NCBI GenBank assembly: GCA_963785635.1
Contig: CAWAWB010000015.1
Span: 1-64,000, forward strand
Length of the DNA: 64,000 nucleotides
Direction: 5' to 3'
Origin: an uncultured Phycisphaerales bacterium
GTDB taxonomy: Bacteria; Planctomycetota; Phycisphaerae; SM23-33; FEN-1343
Made by a program: the position numbers and the translations under genes
The notes under the pieces: model-generated
What the model was told of the DNA's origin: nothing
Databases searched by the model: none
What the model saw: only the letters and a program-made list of their open reading frames with translations
Shown here: one piece after another, positions 40,287-49,390 of the stretch
Layout: each line of letters opens with the position of its first letter
Position numbering within the stretch: position 1 is the first letter of the stretch

Positions 40287-41440
40287 AGCGATCGCATCGC
40301 CTCCACCACGCTGATCCGCCCCGCGCGGCGGGCCGGAAAGAATGAGGCGATAAACGCGCTAAGGAGCGTGGCGCCGAAGGGCAGCAATACCGCCGTCACC
40401 GTCACTCGCGGCAGTACTTGCCAGGTCCCACCCGCCACCGCGCTGTACTTGAAAAGCGGCGTCAGGTTTATACCGCCGGCGGTTGTCGTGATATAAATTG
40501 CCGCCAATCCCAGAAGCATACCGATCAAACCGGCCGAGGCCACCAGCACCACGGTCTCGGCAACCACCAGCAGCGAGATCCGCCAGGGCGCCAACCCCAC
40601 CGTCTTATAGATGCCGAACTCGCGCATCCGCTGGGCCACCGAGACGAAGGTCATGCTGGCAATGCCAAACGAGAGGATCAGTGCCACAAAAGCCACCGTC
40701 AGCATGGAGGCGGCCGAAGTCATATCAATGAGATCGCGAATGAAGCCCAGCAGTCCCTGCCAGGTGTTAATCCCGGCTTCAGGCAGTAATTTATGGATCG
40801 CGGCGGCCACGTCCTTAGCCTGGCCGGGCGACTTAACCAGGACCGCCAGCTCCATGTTGTCCCCAGTTTCTGGAGCAAAGCCCGTGACTGATTCCATGCT
40901 GGATCTTTCAAGATTGAGCAGTACCTTCACGCGCAGTGGCCTGCGCTCGGTCAGCGAGAACATGGCCTCGACGGTATCTCCCGGTTTGGCATCCAGCAGC
41001 GAGGCCGAGAATTCGGACAGCAGGATTTCATCCGGTCCCGGGTCAAAACGAGGTTCAAGCTCCAAGGAACCGAAAAAGCCGGCCTTTCTTTCGGCCCCCG
41101 TATCCAGGCCTATAAGATGCACCGGCGAGGTCTTGTCTCCGTGGGTTAAAACACCCCAGCGTGCGGTGCGCAGCGCCGCCGCGCCACATGCGGCAAGGTC
41201 CGGGCCTGGTCCAGCACCGCCAGCGATGGATTGTCGTCGAACTGCCACCAGGCCGCCACGTGTCCGTGTCCCATTCGGCAGGCGCGATCGATGGCATCAT
41301 CGGTGACACCGTTTAAAAAAGCCTGGAGGAACACCAGCACGGCCACTGAAAAGGCCGTGCCGGCGAACATGATGCGCAAACGCGCCAGCCGCCTCCGCAG
41401 CGCCTGGCCCGTGATGGCCAGCCAGAAAGACCAATTATGA
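40283..41440 (-). CDS. ABC transporter permease, FtsX/MacB-like, frame interrupted near 41170-41245; start codon uncertain
   Basis: N-terminal ...ALRRRLARLRIMFAGTAFSVAVLVFLQAFLNGV (TM1) in ORF 41146..41379. FtsX C-terminal TM bundle in ORF 40283..41248. Confidence 0.7.
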
Positions 41441-41610
41441 AAGGGCGAGAATCTCAGACAGTCACTCCCAATGAAGTTTCAATGCTCATGAGGTGCAATT
41501 CTAACATGCTGGATCACGGAGAGAAACGACCTGCACAGCAGGCTTGGGGCCTGAGACTTGAGGCCTTCGGCTTGGGGCTTGAGAAAACACTGGGAGGGTG
41601 CCACGGCCAA

Positions 41611-41667
41611 CCTCTCTCCCTCTTACGGGAGAGGGTGGCCTGAAGGGCCGGGTGAGGGTTCTTGCGG
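41611..41667 (+). repeat. 55-bp double-hairpin repeat element, copy 2 of 3
   Basis: Sequence cctctctccctcttacgggagagggtggcctgaagggccgggtgagggttcttgcgg. The flank gccgtgcgcaag is also shared with copy 3. Confidence 0.85.
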
Positions 41668-41851
41668 CCGTGCGCAAGATTGTCATGGGGAATGAAGGGT
41701 CGACCGGAAACCTGCCAGGCCTGCTTTCCCCTCCCACGCACAGCGCACGGCCGCGGACGGCCGTGGCACCCCCCCCACCTTTTTTTGAAAACAATGCCCC
41801 GGTGCGACGTTGCCGCCGCCCGGGGCTGATCTCTGTTCCATTCAAGCTGGA

Positions 41852-43548
41852 CTACTTCGGCATCTCTTCGGCTGGGATCTTTTTGCTTTCGCCGAAGGAT
41901 CCTACCACCACGCAGGAGGCAACCCCATCTATCTGGCGGAACTTCACTACCAAACCGTTCTGGACGCCGGAGCCGTCAGCTTGCCGAACCAGGCACGGCA
42001 CAACCGGTCCAATGGTGCAGTTTGGGTCGTTGGCCGCTGGACCAACGCTTACAATCGCCGCGGCAGGACTATTCTCACCCTGAACCTCCCGCCAATTATC
42101 CTCGTTGAAAAGCGATGCCATCGGCAACAGCTTGGCGGCCTTTGCCCGATCGTTATCAATGAAGGCTTGTATCAGTTGCCTGCAGACCTCCACCGCCGCC
42201 TGGTCCTGCGTCATCTGGCCCTGCACGATTCCATCTCCCGGCTCGTTGCACAGCCGAGCCGCTTGTTCCAGGCTCACCCCATGCTGCTGAGGGCCTTTTG
42301 TGAGGTTCCGCGTATTACCACCTCTTACTACGATGCAGGATTCGCGGCCACCGGCCTGGCGGAACTTCACCACAAAATGTATTTCATAGTCCGATCCATC
42401 CTTCCCGCGGAAGATGCACTGAACGATGATTTGGTCCGGATTATCCGGGTCGCTATGCACGGGCCCAACACTCTCGACCGCCACCATAGCGCCATCGCCA
42501 CGAGCCTTCTGCTCCCACTGTTGGGCCGTCCAATGTGCCAGAGCCGGGCAGCATTTTCCTGCTGCCACCTGGTCATCATCCACGAAGGCCTGGGCCAGCC
42601 GACGAACAACCTCTACGGCCGCCTCTTCACGCGTTCCTCCACCGACTGCTACGCCGACGTTGGGATCGTTGCTCTGTCCCGCCACCTTCGCGCCGGCGGG
42701 AGGATTCAGCACGAACCGCTCATCCGAAATGGGCACATCGTAAGTAATCTGGTCCACCACCAATTCCGGATCACCCTCGCGCTTGTCATTGTTCCATTGC
42801 TTGAGCTTGATGGGCAGCTTCGTCTCCTGGTCGAACTCCCACCACCACGACTGCTTATCCATCGTGTCCACAACGAACACCGAGTCGCGCCCGGTCTGTT
42901 CATCTTTGCCATAGGTAACCGACCATTCCTTCGACTTGACCTCCATCATTTTGAAGATGGAAGAAAACCATGGCTGCATGTGCAGGAATCGTCCATCCCA
43001 CACCGAAAGCGTATTGGTCTGCGGGTTGTACACGCGCGAGTCCTGCGCGACCACGATAATGTCGCCGCGCGGCGTCTCCACGCGTATCGGACCGGCTTCA
43101 TCGCCTCGGCTCGATTTTCTGGCCCAGAAGGTAAACGCCACTCGCTCGCCCTCCTGCGCACCATCGCGCCGGGAAACTCATTAAACGCCTTAGCGCTCCA
43201 GTTTCCTTTCATACACATGGTCCGAACATTGGCCATGGCCGCATCGGCCTCTTCCGCCGCCCAGGCGGCATTGTGGTGCGTGGGTGTAAGCGTGGCAAGA
43301 TGGATCACCAATCCCGCGGCGATCACCACGGCCGCGGCGGTGCAGTAACGTAAGGCGGGACTGCTTATCAAAAAGCGAAACATGGCTATCAATCTCCAGT
43401 GGTTGCGAGCCGCCGCGCGATGCTTGCCCCCCTGCCGCAGCGCACGGACCAGCTCTTGTTCCAGGCGGTCGCGGTGGGCGGCTTCGGGGGCATCATCCCT
43501 GGGCAGGCTCTTGATGTAGGTTTCAAATTGTTTTTCCAAATCAGACAT
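41852..43548 (-). CDS. anti-sigma factor (cytoplasmic N-terminus, 1 TM, large periplasmic region with LolA/RseB-like part and a tandem-duplicated roughly 100-aa domain), probable frame interruption near 43140-43160
   Basis: ORF 42946..43548 starts at the ATGA overlap with the sigma gene and has a TM helix. Its out-of-frame Arg-rich tail is replaced by ORF 41852..43141. Internal repeat EEAAVEVVRRLAQAFVDDD... / QDQAAVEVCRQLIQAFIDND.... Confidence 0.5.
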
Positions 43549-44125
43549 GCTCGTTTACCTCCCCTGGCCAGTCAGCGCCCATCCGCCGCCGCAGCTTCTT
43601 TAAGGCACGAGAAATCTGGCTGCGAACGGTGGATGCACTGCCGCCCAGTGCCTCGCTGATCTGTGACACATCGAGGCCTTCAAAGAAACGCAACGTGATC
43701 AGGGCCTGCTGGCGAGGTTTAAGTCCGCGGATGGCCGCCGAAAGTTTCGCCATTCGCTCATCGGCCAAAGGCCCGGGCTCGGGGGTCGGCCAGTGCGCAT
43801 CTGGCCGGTGGCCCCGGAAGTTTTCCAGGAATCGCTCCCACAGCCGGCCGCGCCGGTAGTGGGCGTTGATCAGGTTCGTGGCGATGGCGTACAGCCAACT
43901 GCCCACGGCCCGCTCATCGGTGAATGTCACTCGCTGAAACCGCTCCAGCATCTTGGTGAAGACACTGGAGGTAAGGTCCTCCGCCGCCGCGCGGCTGCCG
44001 ACTCGGTGGATGCAGTAACGGAAGATGGGGTCGTAGTGGAGGCGGTAAAGCCGCGTGAAAGCGGCGGGGTCCGTCCTCGCCTCGGCGAACACTTGCCCTT
44101 GGGCCTCTGTCATCGCCTCACTCAT
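43541..44125 (-). CDS. ECF-type RNA polymerase sigma factor (sigma-70 regions 2 and 4)
   Basis: Region 2 FTRLYRLHYDPIFRYC.... Region 4 LITLRFFEGLDVSQISEALGGSASTVRSQISRALKKLR. Start chosen among in-frame Met codons. Confidence 0.8.
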   Translation of the reverse strand: MSEAMTEAQGQVFAEARTDPAAFTRLYRLHYDPIFRYCIHRVGSRAAAEDLTSSVFTKMLERFQRVTFTDERAVGSWLYAIATNLINAHYRRGRLWERFLENFRGHRPDAHWPTPEPGPLADERMAKLSAAIRGLKPRQQALITLRFFEGLDVSQISEALGGSASTVRSQISRALKKLRRRMGADWPGEVNEHV

Positions 44126-44367
44126 TACCCGCCCCGCATCACCCGCATGCACCGGCAGAACGCTCATAGGTGCATACCCGCCCTCTCTGCACATATCAAT
44201 GCGCGGCAGTCCCAGATCGTGGCAAAAATCTCCAAATAGTTGGCGCAAAACACGTGCTCCGGGACAAGAATTGAAATAAGTAGAAATTTATCTCTTTATA
44301 AGCCTCTACAGCCACAGGAGATACCACAATAACGGACTGATTTTCCACAATTATTTAGATTTTCCTC

Positions 44368-44395
44368 TTGACAAGTCGGATAATCATGGTAGAAT
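44368..44395 (+). promoter_or_regulatory. strong sigma70 consensus promoter (TTGACA - 16 bp - TGgTAGAAT, extended -10) in a low-GC intergenic patch; reads toward the antisense of the mtlD-like gene
   Basis: Perfect -35 hexamer, 5/6 -10 hexamer with a TG motif. A second TTGACAAGT copy lies at 44465. Confidence 0.45.
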
Positions 44396-44677
44396 CCGGT
44401 TCTATTGGTGCGACAGCTTCGCGCAGACATTACGCAACCGGCGCTAGGCCGGCTGAAGAGCTATTTGACAAGTGAATAGTGAAGAATCGAGCCCGGTGTG
44501 ACAGGCGGCCAAGGTTTACATAGCGGTGCCAATCACACCGCCTGCCGCCCGGAATAAGCGCTACGTTCGCGTTAAGATGGGTAAGATAGAAAGGCCAATT
44601 ATGCAAATCTGCATAAGGCGTCTAGGTTTTACAAGGACTTACGTTATGCAATATGCAATATTGCATAATGAATAACG

Positions 44678-45855
44678 CTATAGCCCAGTGTCATAAAGCT
44701 TCACGATCTCATCGATGACGGCATCATCTACGCCGGGCCGCAGGCCGCACACTTCCGCCAGCATGGCCTTAACGCCCTTGGCGGCAAGCTGGGCCTGGAA
44801 CTTTTCATCCGCCGGAAACATCCGCCCCGCCTCATCCACCGCCTTGAACTTCAGGCGCAGGCAACGGTCCGACAAATTGGCGACACATTACCGCCGGTCG
44901 ATTGCACCAGGCGCAGCGCGCCGATGCACCGGTCATCCGGCGCCAGCTTGCGGTACAAATCCCGGCCGACGCGATACACCGAATCATTCAGCGCCACGTT
45001 GCCAAACCGCCGCAAGAGGTCCTCCACGTGCTCCCGCTGATTGGGCTCGTTGAATTCCGTGGGATATCGCTTAATCAAGGCCAGCGCCGAGGCCCACATC
45101 GCCTCCCGCGCGGCGGCGAGAATCTTCGGATCCGCAACGCACTGCGGCAAGAAGTGTTTGCCCGCCAGATGGCCGTGATACGCGGCGGTGGCGTGGCCGA
45201 GGTTGTGAATAAAGAGTTTGCGGTCCACGTAAGCCGCAAAGTTATCTTTCAGCACCAGCCCCGGCACGTTGGGGATTTCGCCCATGAAGGCGGCCCTGTC
45301 GGCGATGATCTGGTTATAGGCCTCCGCCCAAATGACCAGCGGGTCCGCCGCCACCACTGCCGCGGGCATGATGGGCACCATCTTGCCGATCGAAGTTTCG
45401 ACCAGGCCCACGGAGGACATGTCAAACCCGTCGGGCAGCAACGGCATGAGTTTTTCGCGCATCATCGCCGCCGCGCCGCGAAGGTTCTCGCACATGATGA
45501 TGGAAAGCGGCCTTCCCTTGCGGCGGGCGATGCCCGCGGCGATCACATTGGCCAGGCGCGGCAGCACCGCCGGCCCCACCGCAGTGGCCGCCACATCCGC
45601 CTCGCTAAGCGCTGCGGCCACGGCGGCAGTATCGCGGGCATCGAGGGCGCTGACCTTATCCACATGAATGCGGTCCGGCGCCCCCGGCGGCAAGCTATCT
45701 TTGACGATCACATCGTAGCCGCGCCGCTGGTTGAGGGCCTCCACCAGGGATGTGACGGCATCCACAAAAATGACCTCATAGCCGGCCTTGGAAAAAAGCT
45801 GGCCCACCAGCGACCGGCCGATATTGCCGGCCCCAAACTGAACAATCCGCTTCAT
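44678..45855 (-). CDS. mannitol-1-phosphate/polyol dehydrogenase family protein (MtlD-like), frame interrupted near 44865-44880
   Basis: N-terminal MKRIVQFGAGNIGRSLVGQLF Rossmann motif. C-terminal 65 aa sit in the adjacent frame (ORF 44678..44875). Confidence 0.6.
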
Positions 45856-45989
45856 CGCCTTCACCTGAACAAAGTAGCATGGGCGTCTCGCCCATGAGTC
45901 CCACGGGCCTCTGGCCCGTGGCCAGCCCGGGAAAAATAAAACTGACACGCCGAGATGGCCGTGTTACTCACGGGCAAGATGCCCGCGCT

Positions 45990-46345
45990 ACGCGGCATTG
46001 TGGAGCAATTGGCCGGCCATTGCAACGGGTGGCACAGGCTTTCCAGCCTGTGATTCTGCCCACAGCCTTGAAAAGGCTGCTCCACCAGTTTTCGTCACAC
46101 AATCTGGAAAGGCCGTGCCACGGAACGGCCTTGCCGAAAGCCTCCAACCGGTGTAAGCTGCACGGGTTAACGTTATGCGGATGGACGGCCGCGCGGCGTC
46201 TCAGGTCGGCGGCCAAGCACCGGACATTGTTTTCGGGTAACATATTTTCCGGGCCGAGTCTGTGGGCCCTGGGCACGGTCAGGTGGCACAGGCTTTCAAG
46301 CCTGTGGCAGAATCACAGGCTGAAAAGCCTGTGCCACCCTAACGG
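45990..46345 (+). promoter_or_regulatory. ino1 upstream leader with two copies of a double-hairpin module (GGCACAGGC-N6-GCCTGTG...CACAGGC-N6-GCCTGTGCC)
   Basis: Copy 1 at 46020-46075, copy 2 at 46283-46340. The outer arms are reverse complements. Confidence 0.4.
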
Positions 46346-46355
46346 GGTAACCAGA

Positions 46356-47563
46356 ATGAACAAGATTCGAGTCTCCATTGTGGGCGTGGGCAACTGCGCC
46401 TCCTCCCTGATCCAGGGCATTTATTACTATGGCGATCAGTTCGCCAAGGGTGACAAGTCGGGCGTCGGCCTGGCCCACTCGATGCTGGGCGGCTACGCCC
46501 CCGGGGATATCCAGATCGTCGGCGCCATCGACATCGACGCCCGCAAGGTCGGCAGGCCCCTGCACGAGGCCATGTTCGCCCAGCCCAACAACACCAAGGT
46601 CTTCTACGACAGTTTCCAGACCGATGGCGTGGTCGTGCAGATGGGCAACGTCCTGGACGGCGTGGCCGAGCACATGGCCAACTACCCCGAGCGACCAGCG
46701 GTTCGTCGTGGCCGAACGGCCCTTCCGCCACCCGGGCGGAGATCGAAAAGCTCCTGCGCGACACCGGCACGGAAATCCTGATGAACTACCTGCCGGTGGG
46801 CTCGCAGAAGGCCGCGGAGTTCTACGCCGAGTGCTGCCTGGCCACGGGCGTGAGCCTGATCAACTGCATCCCCGTGTTCATCGTCTCCAACCCCGTCTGG
46901 GGCCGCCGGTTCGCCGAGGCCGGCATCCCCTGCATCGGCGACGACATCAAGGCCCAGGTCGGCGCGACCATCGTCCACCGCGTCCTGGCCCGGCTGATGC
47001 AGGAGCGCGGCGCGAAGATCGACGCCACCTACCAGCTCAACACCGGCGGCAACACCGACTTCCTGAACATGCTCAACCGCAGCGCCTGGGCTCCAAGAAG
47101 ATCTCCAAGACCGAGGCCGTGCAAAGTCCAACTCGGACGTGCCCCTGCCGGCTGACCAGGTGCACATCGGCCCGGCCGATTACGTGCCGTGGCAGAAGGA
47201 CAACAAGGTCTGCTTCCTGCGCATCGAGGCCAGGGGCTTCGGCGGCGTGCCGCTGAACCTGGAAGCTGCGGCTGTCGCGTGGAGGATTCGCCCAACTCCG
47301 CCGGCGAGACCATCGACGCCATCCGCTGCTGCAAGCTGGCCCGCGAGCGCGGCGTGGCCGGACCGCTGGAGGCGGTCAGCGCCTATACCATGAAGCATCC
47401 GCCGCGCCAGTTTGCCGATTATACGGCCCGCGAGATGCTGGAGGCCTTCATCAACAACGGCACGGACGCGCGGTACGAGGCCTCGCCTGCGGATGTAGCC
47501 CAGGCGGCTTCAACCTCCATCCCGCGCCCCAGTGCGAAACCGGCGAGAATGGCGAAGGCTTAA
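46356..47563 (+). pseudogene. ino1: myo-inositol-1-phosphate synthase (bacterial/archaeal Ino1 type) disrupted by at least 5 frame changes (about 46690, 46725, 47090, 47132, 47275); pseudogene or error-dense region
   Basis: Recognisable MIPS segments lie in all three frames in order: MNKIRVSIVGVGNCASSLIQG..., [35 protein letters not shown]..., [57 protein letters not shown], ...ETIDAIRCCKLARERGV.... Confidence 0.6.
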
Positions 47564-47722
47564 CGACAGGCTGCGGGCTTCGGCAGTCCTCTCCTGCGTT
47601 CAAGCAGGTCTGGCTGTTAAAAGCAGGGCCGCCTGCTTGAGAAAATCGAAAGTTTGAATCAAATGACCAATCTCGCAGATATGCGGGTTTGGTCATTTGT
47701 TTGAGATTTCGCGTTTGGAGCT

Positions 47723-47797
47723 TCTTTGTAGTTTGTAGTTTGTAGTTTGCAGTTTGTAGTTTGTAGTTTGAAGTTTGTAGTTTGAAGTTTGAAATTT
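47723..47797 (+). repeat. direct tandem array (TTTGTAG) x about 10 immediately upstream of the HAD hydrolase gene
   Basis: Sequence ctttgtagtttgtagtttgtagtttgcagtttgtagtttgtagtttgaagtttgtagtttgaagtttgaaatttc. Confidence 0.9.
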
Positions 47798-47810
47798 CTG
47801 AAAGCAAGTT

Positions 47811-48503
47811 ATGGCAACCGACTTCTCCCTTCTCGGCGTGATCTTTGATATGGATGGTGTTCTCTGCGACAGCGAGCCGTTGATCCGCGCGGCCGCGATG
47901 CAGATGTTCACCGAGACGTACGGCCTGACCGTGCAGCCGGAGGATTTTCTGCCCTTCGTCGGTGCGGGCGAGGACCGCTACCTCGGCGGCGTGGCGGAGA
48001 AGCACGGCCTCAAGCTGACCATGCCGCGTGACAAAGACCGCACATATCAGATCTACCTGGAGATCATCAAGGGGCGGCTAAAACCCCTGCCGGGCGTAAG
48101 GGAGTTCATCGCAGAATGCCGCCGCCGCGGGCTCAAGCTGGCCGTGGCCACCAGCGCCGATCAAATCAAGATGATCGGCAACCTGAAGGAGATAGGCCTG
48201 CCGCGGGAAACCTTCGATACCCTGGTCAATGGCAGCGAGGTAGCACACAAGAAACCTCATCCTGAGATTTTTGCCACCGCCGCCGCGCGGCTGCACCTTC
48301 CGGCTGAGCGATGCCTCGTCATCGAGGACGCCCCCAACGGCATTCGCGCAGGCAAGGCCGCCGGCTGCAAATGCCTGGGCCTGTCAACGACCTTCCCCGC
48401 CGAAGAACTGACCAAGGCCGGCGCAGACTGGACGGCCCCAGACCTTTCGGGGACGGAGCACTTAATTCAGACTGGAAGAAATGGGGCTGCTCGAATCAAT
48501 TGA
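47811..48503 (+). CDS. HAD-superfamily hydrolase, subfamily IA (beta-phosphoglucomutase-like phosphatase)
   Basis: Motif I FDMDGVLCDSEP, motif II ATSAD, motif III/IV K...EDAPNGIRAGKAAG. Confidence 0.8.
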   Translation: MATDFSLLGVIFDMDGVLCDSEPLIRAAAMQMFTETYGLTVQPEDFLPFVGAGEDRYLGGVAEKHGLKLTMPRDKDRTYQIYLEIIKGRLKPLPGVREFIAECRRRGLKLAVATSADQIKMIGNLKEIGLPRETFDTLVNGSEVAHKKPHPEIFATAAARLHLPAERCLVIEDAPNGIRAGKAAGCKCLGLSTTFPAEELTKAGADWTAPDLSGTEHLIQTGRNGAARIN

Positions 48504-48534
48504 ATGAAGGGAATTAAGTGCTCCGTCCCCGAAA

Positions 48535-49134
48535 TTACCTGAGAAAGCTTCTGATCCCCGTAAAGATCAACTGCGCGGCTAAACTCGCCAGGACCAAGCC
48601 GGTCAGCTTGGTCAGGACGGACATGATGCGCGGCGACAATAAACGGCCCAGCCGCGCGGCGATGTAGAGCATCGCCCCCACCGACAGCACGGCCGCCAGC
48701 ACGGCCGCGACGGGTACAATCCGCTCTGCAAGCCCGCCGCGGGATACATCCGCGCCGAGAACCAATAGGGCGCCCGTGGTGCCCGGGCCTACAGTCACGG
48801 GCATGGCCAGGGGAACGACCGCAATATCTTCGTCTTCGCCGATGGGCCTGTGATCACCGGTGCCGACCACCAGCGACACGGATGAGAGAAACAGCAGGGC
48901 GCCCGCGCCGATCCTGAACGAATCGACCGTAATGCCCAGCACGCGGAAAACCTGGTTGCCGAAAATGTAGATGCCCAGCGCAAAGAAGATGATCGCCAAT
49001 ATCGTCCGCATGGCGATGCGCTTGCGCTGCCGCGTGTCCATCGCGGCGGTCATCGACAGAAACGTCGAGATCACGAAGAACGGAGTGAGGAGGAAAAACA
49101 AGGTGATGTATGTGCTTACAAATGTGTCGAGCAT
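48535..49134 (-). CDS. MarC-family (UPF0056) integral membrane protein
   Basis: 199 aa, 6 TM helices, characteristic MarC-like sequence. Confidence 0.75.
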   Translation of the reverse strand: MLDTFVSTYITLFFLLTPFFVISTFLSMTAAMDTRQRKRIAMRTILAIIFFALGIYIFGNQVFRVLGITVDSFRIGAGALLFLSSVSLVVGTGDHRPIGEDEDIAVVPLAMPVTVGPGTTGALLVLGADVSRGGLAERIVPVAAVLAAVLSVGAMLYIAARLGRLLSPRIMSVLTKLTGLVLASLAAQLIFTGIRSFLR

Positions 49135-49303
49135 AATTGTATGTGCTCCACATAAAGAAAAGACTTCTTGGGTGCCACGGCTGCGTCGTTTGCAGCCGTG
49201 CGCCGTGCGAACACTGGAGCAGAAGGTCTTGGAAGGAAACTGAACTAACCTTCATTCCAATCCCGTTGAACCTTCATCTCATTAGACTGTCTTGCGCACG
49301 GGT

Positions 49304-49357
49304 GCAAGAACCCTCACCCGGCCCTTCGGGCCACCCTCTCCCGTAAAAGGGAGAGGG
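49304..49357 (-). repeat. 55-bp double-hairpin repeat element, copy 3 of 3 (reverse complement), directly downstream of the E1 gene
   Basis: Sequence caagaaccctcacccggcccttcgggccaccctctcccgtaaaagggagagggg. Confidence 0.85.
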
Positions 49358-49390
49358 GTTGCACCTGCGGCACCTTCACAATACTTAGTC

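Noticed and set aside
39609-41440. Assigning the ABC ATPase plus FtsX pair as the missing ATPase of the Opp-type uptake operon
   Set aside because: The Walker/FtsX architecture is the MacB/LolCDE exporter type on the opposite strand, not an OppD/F importer ATPase.
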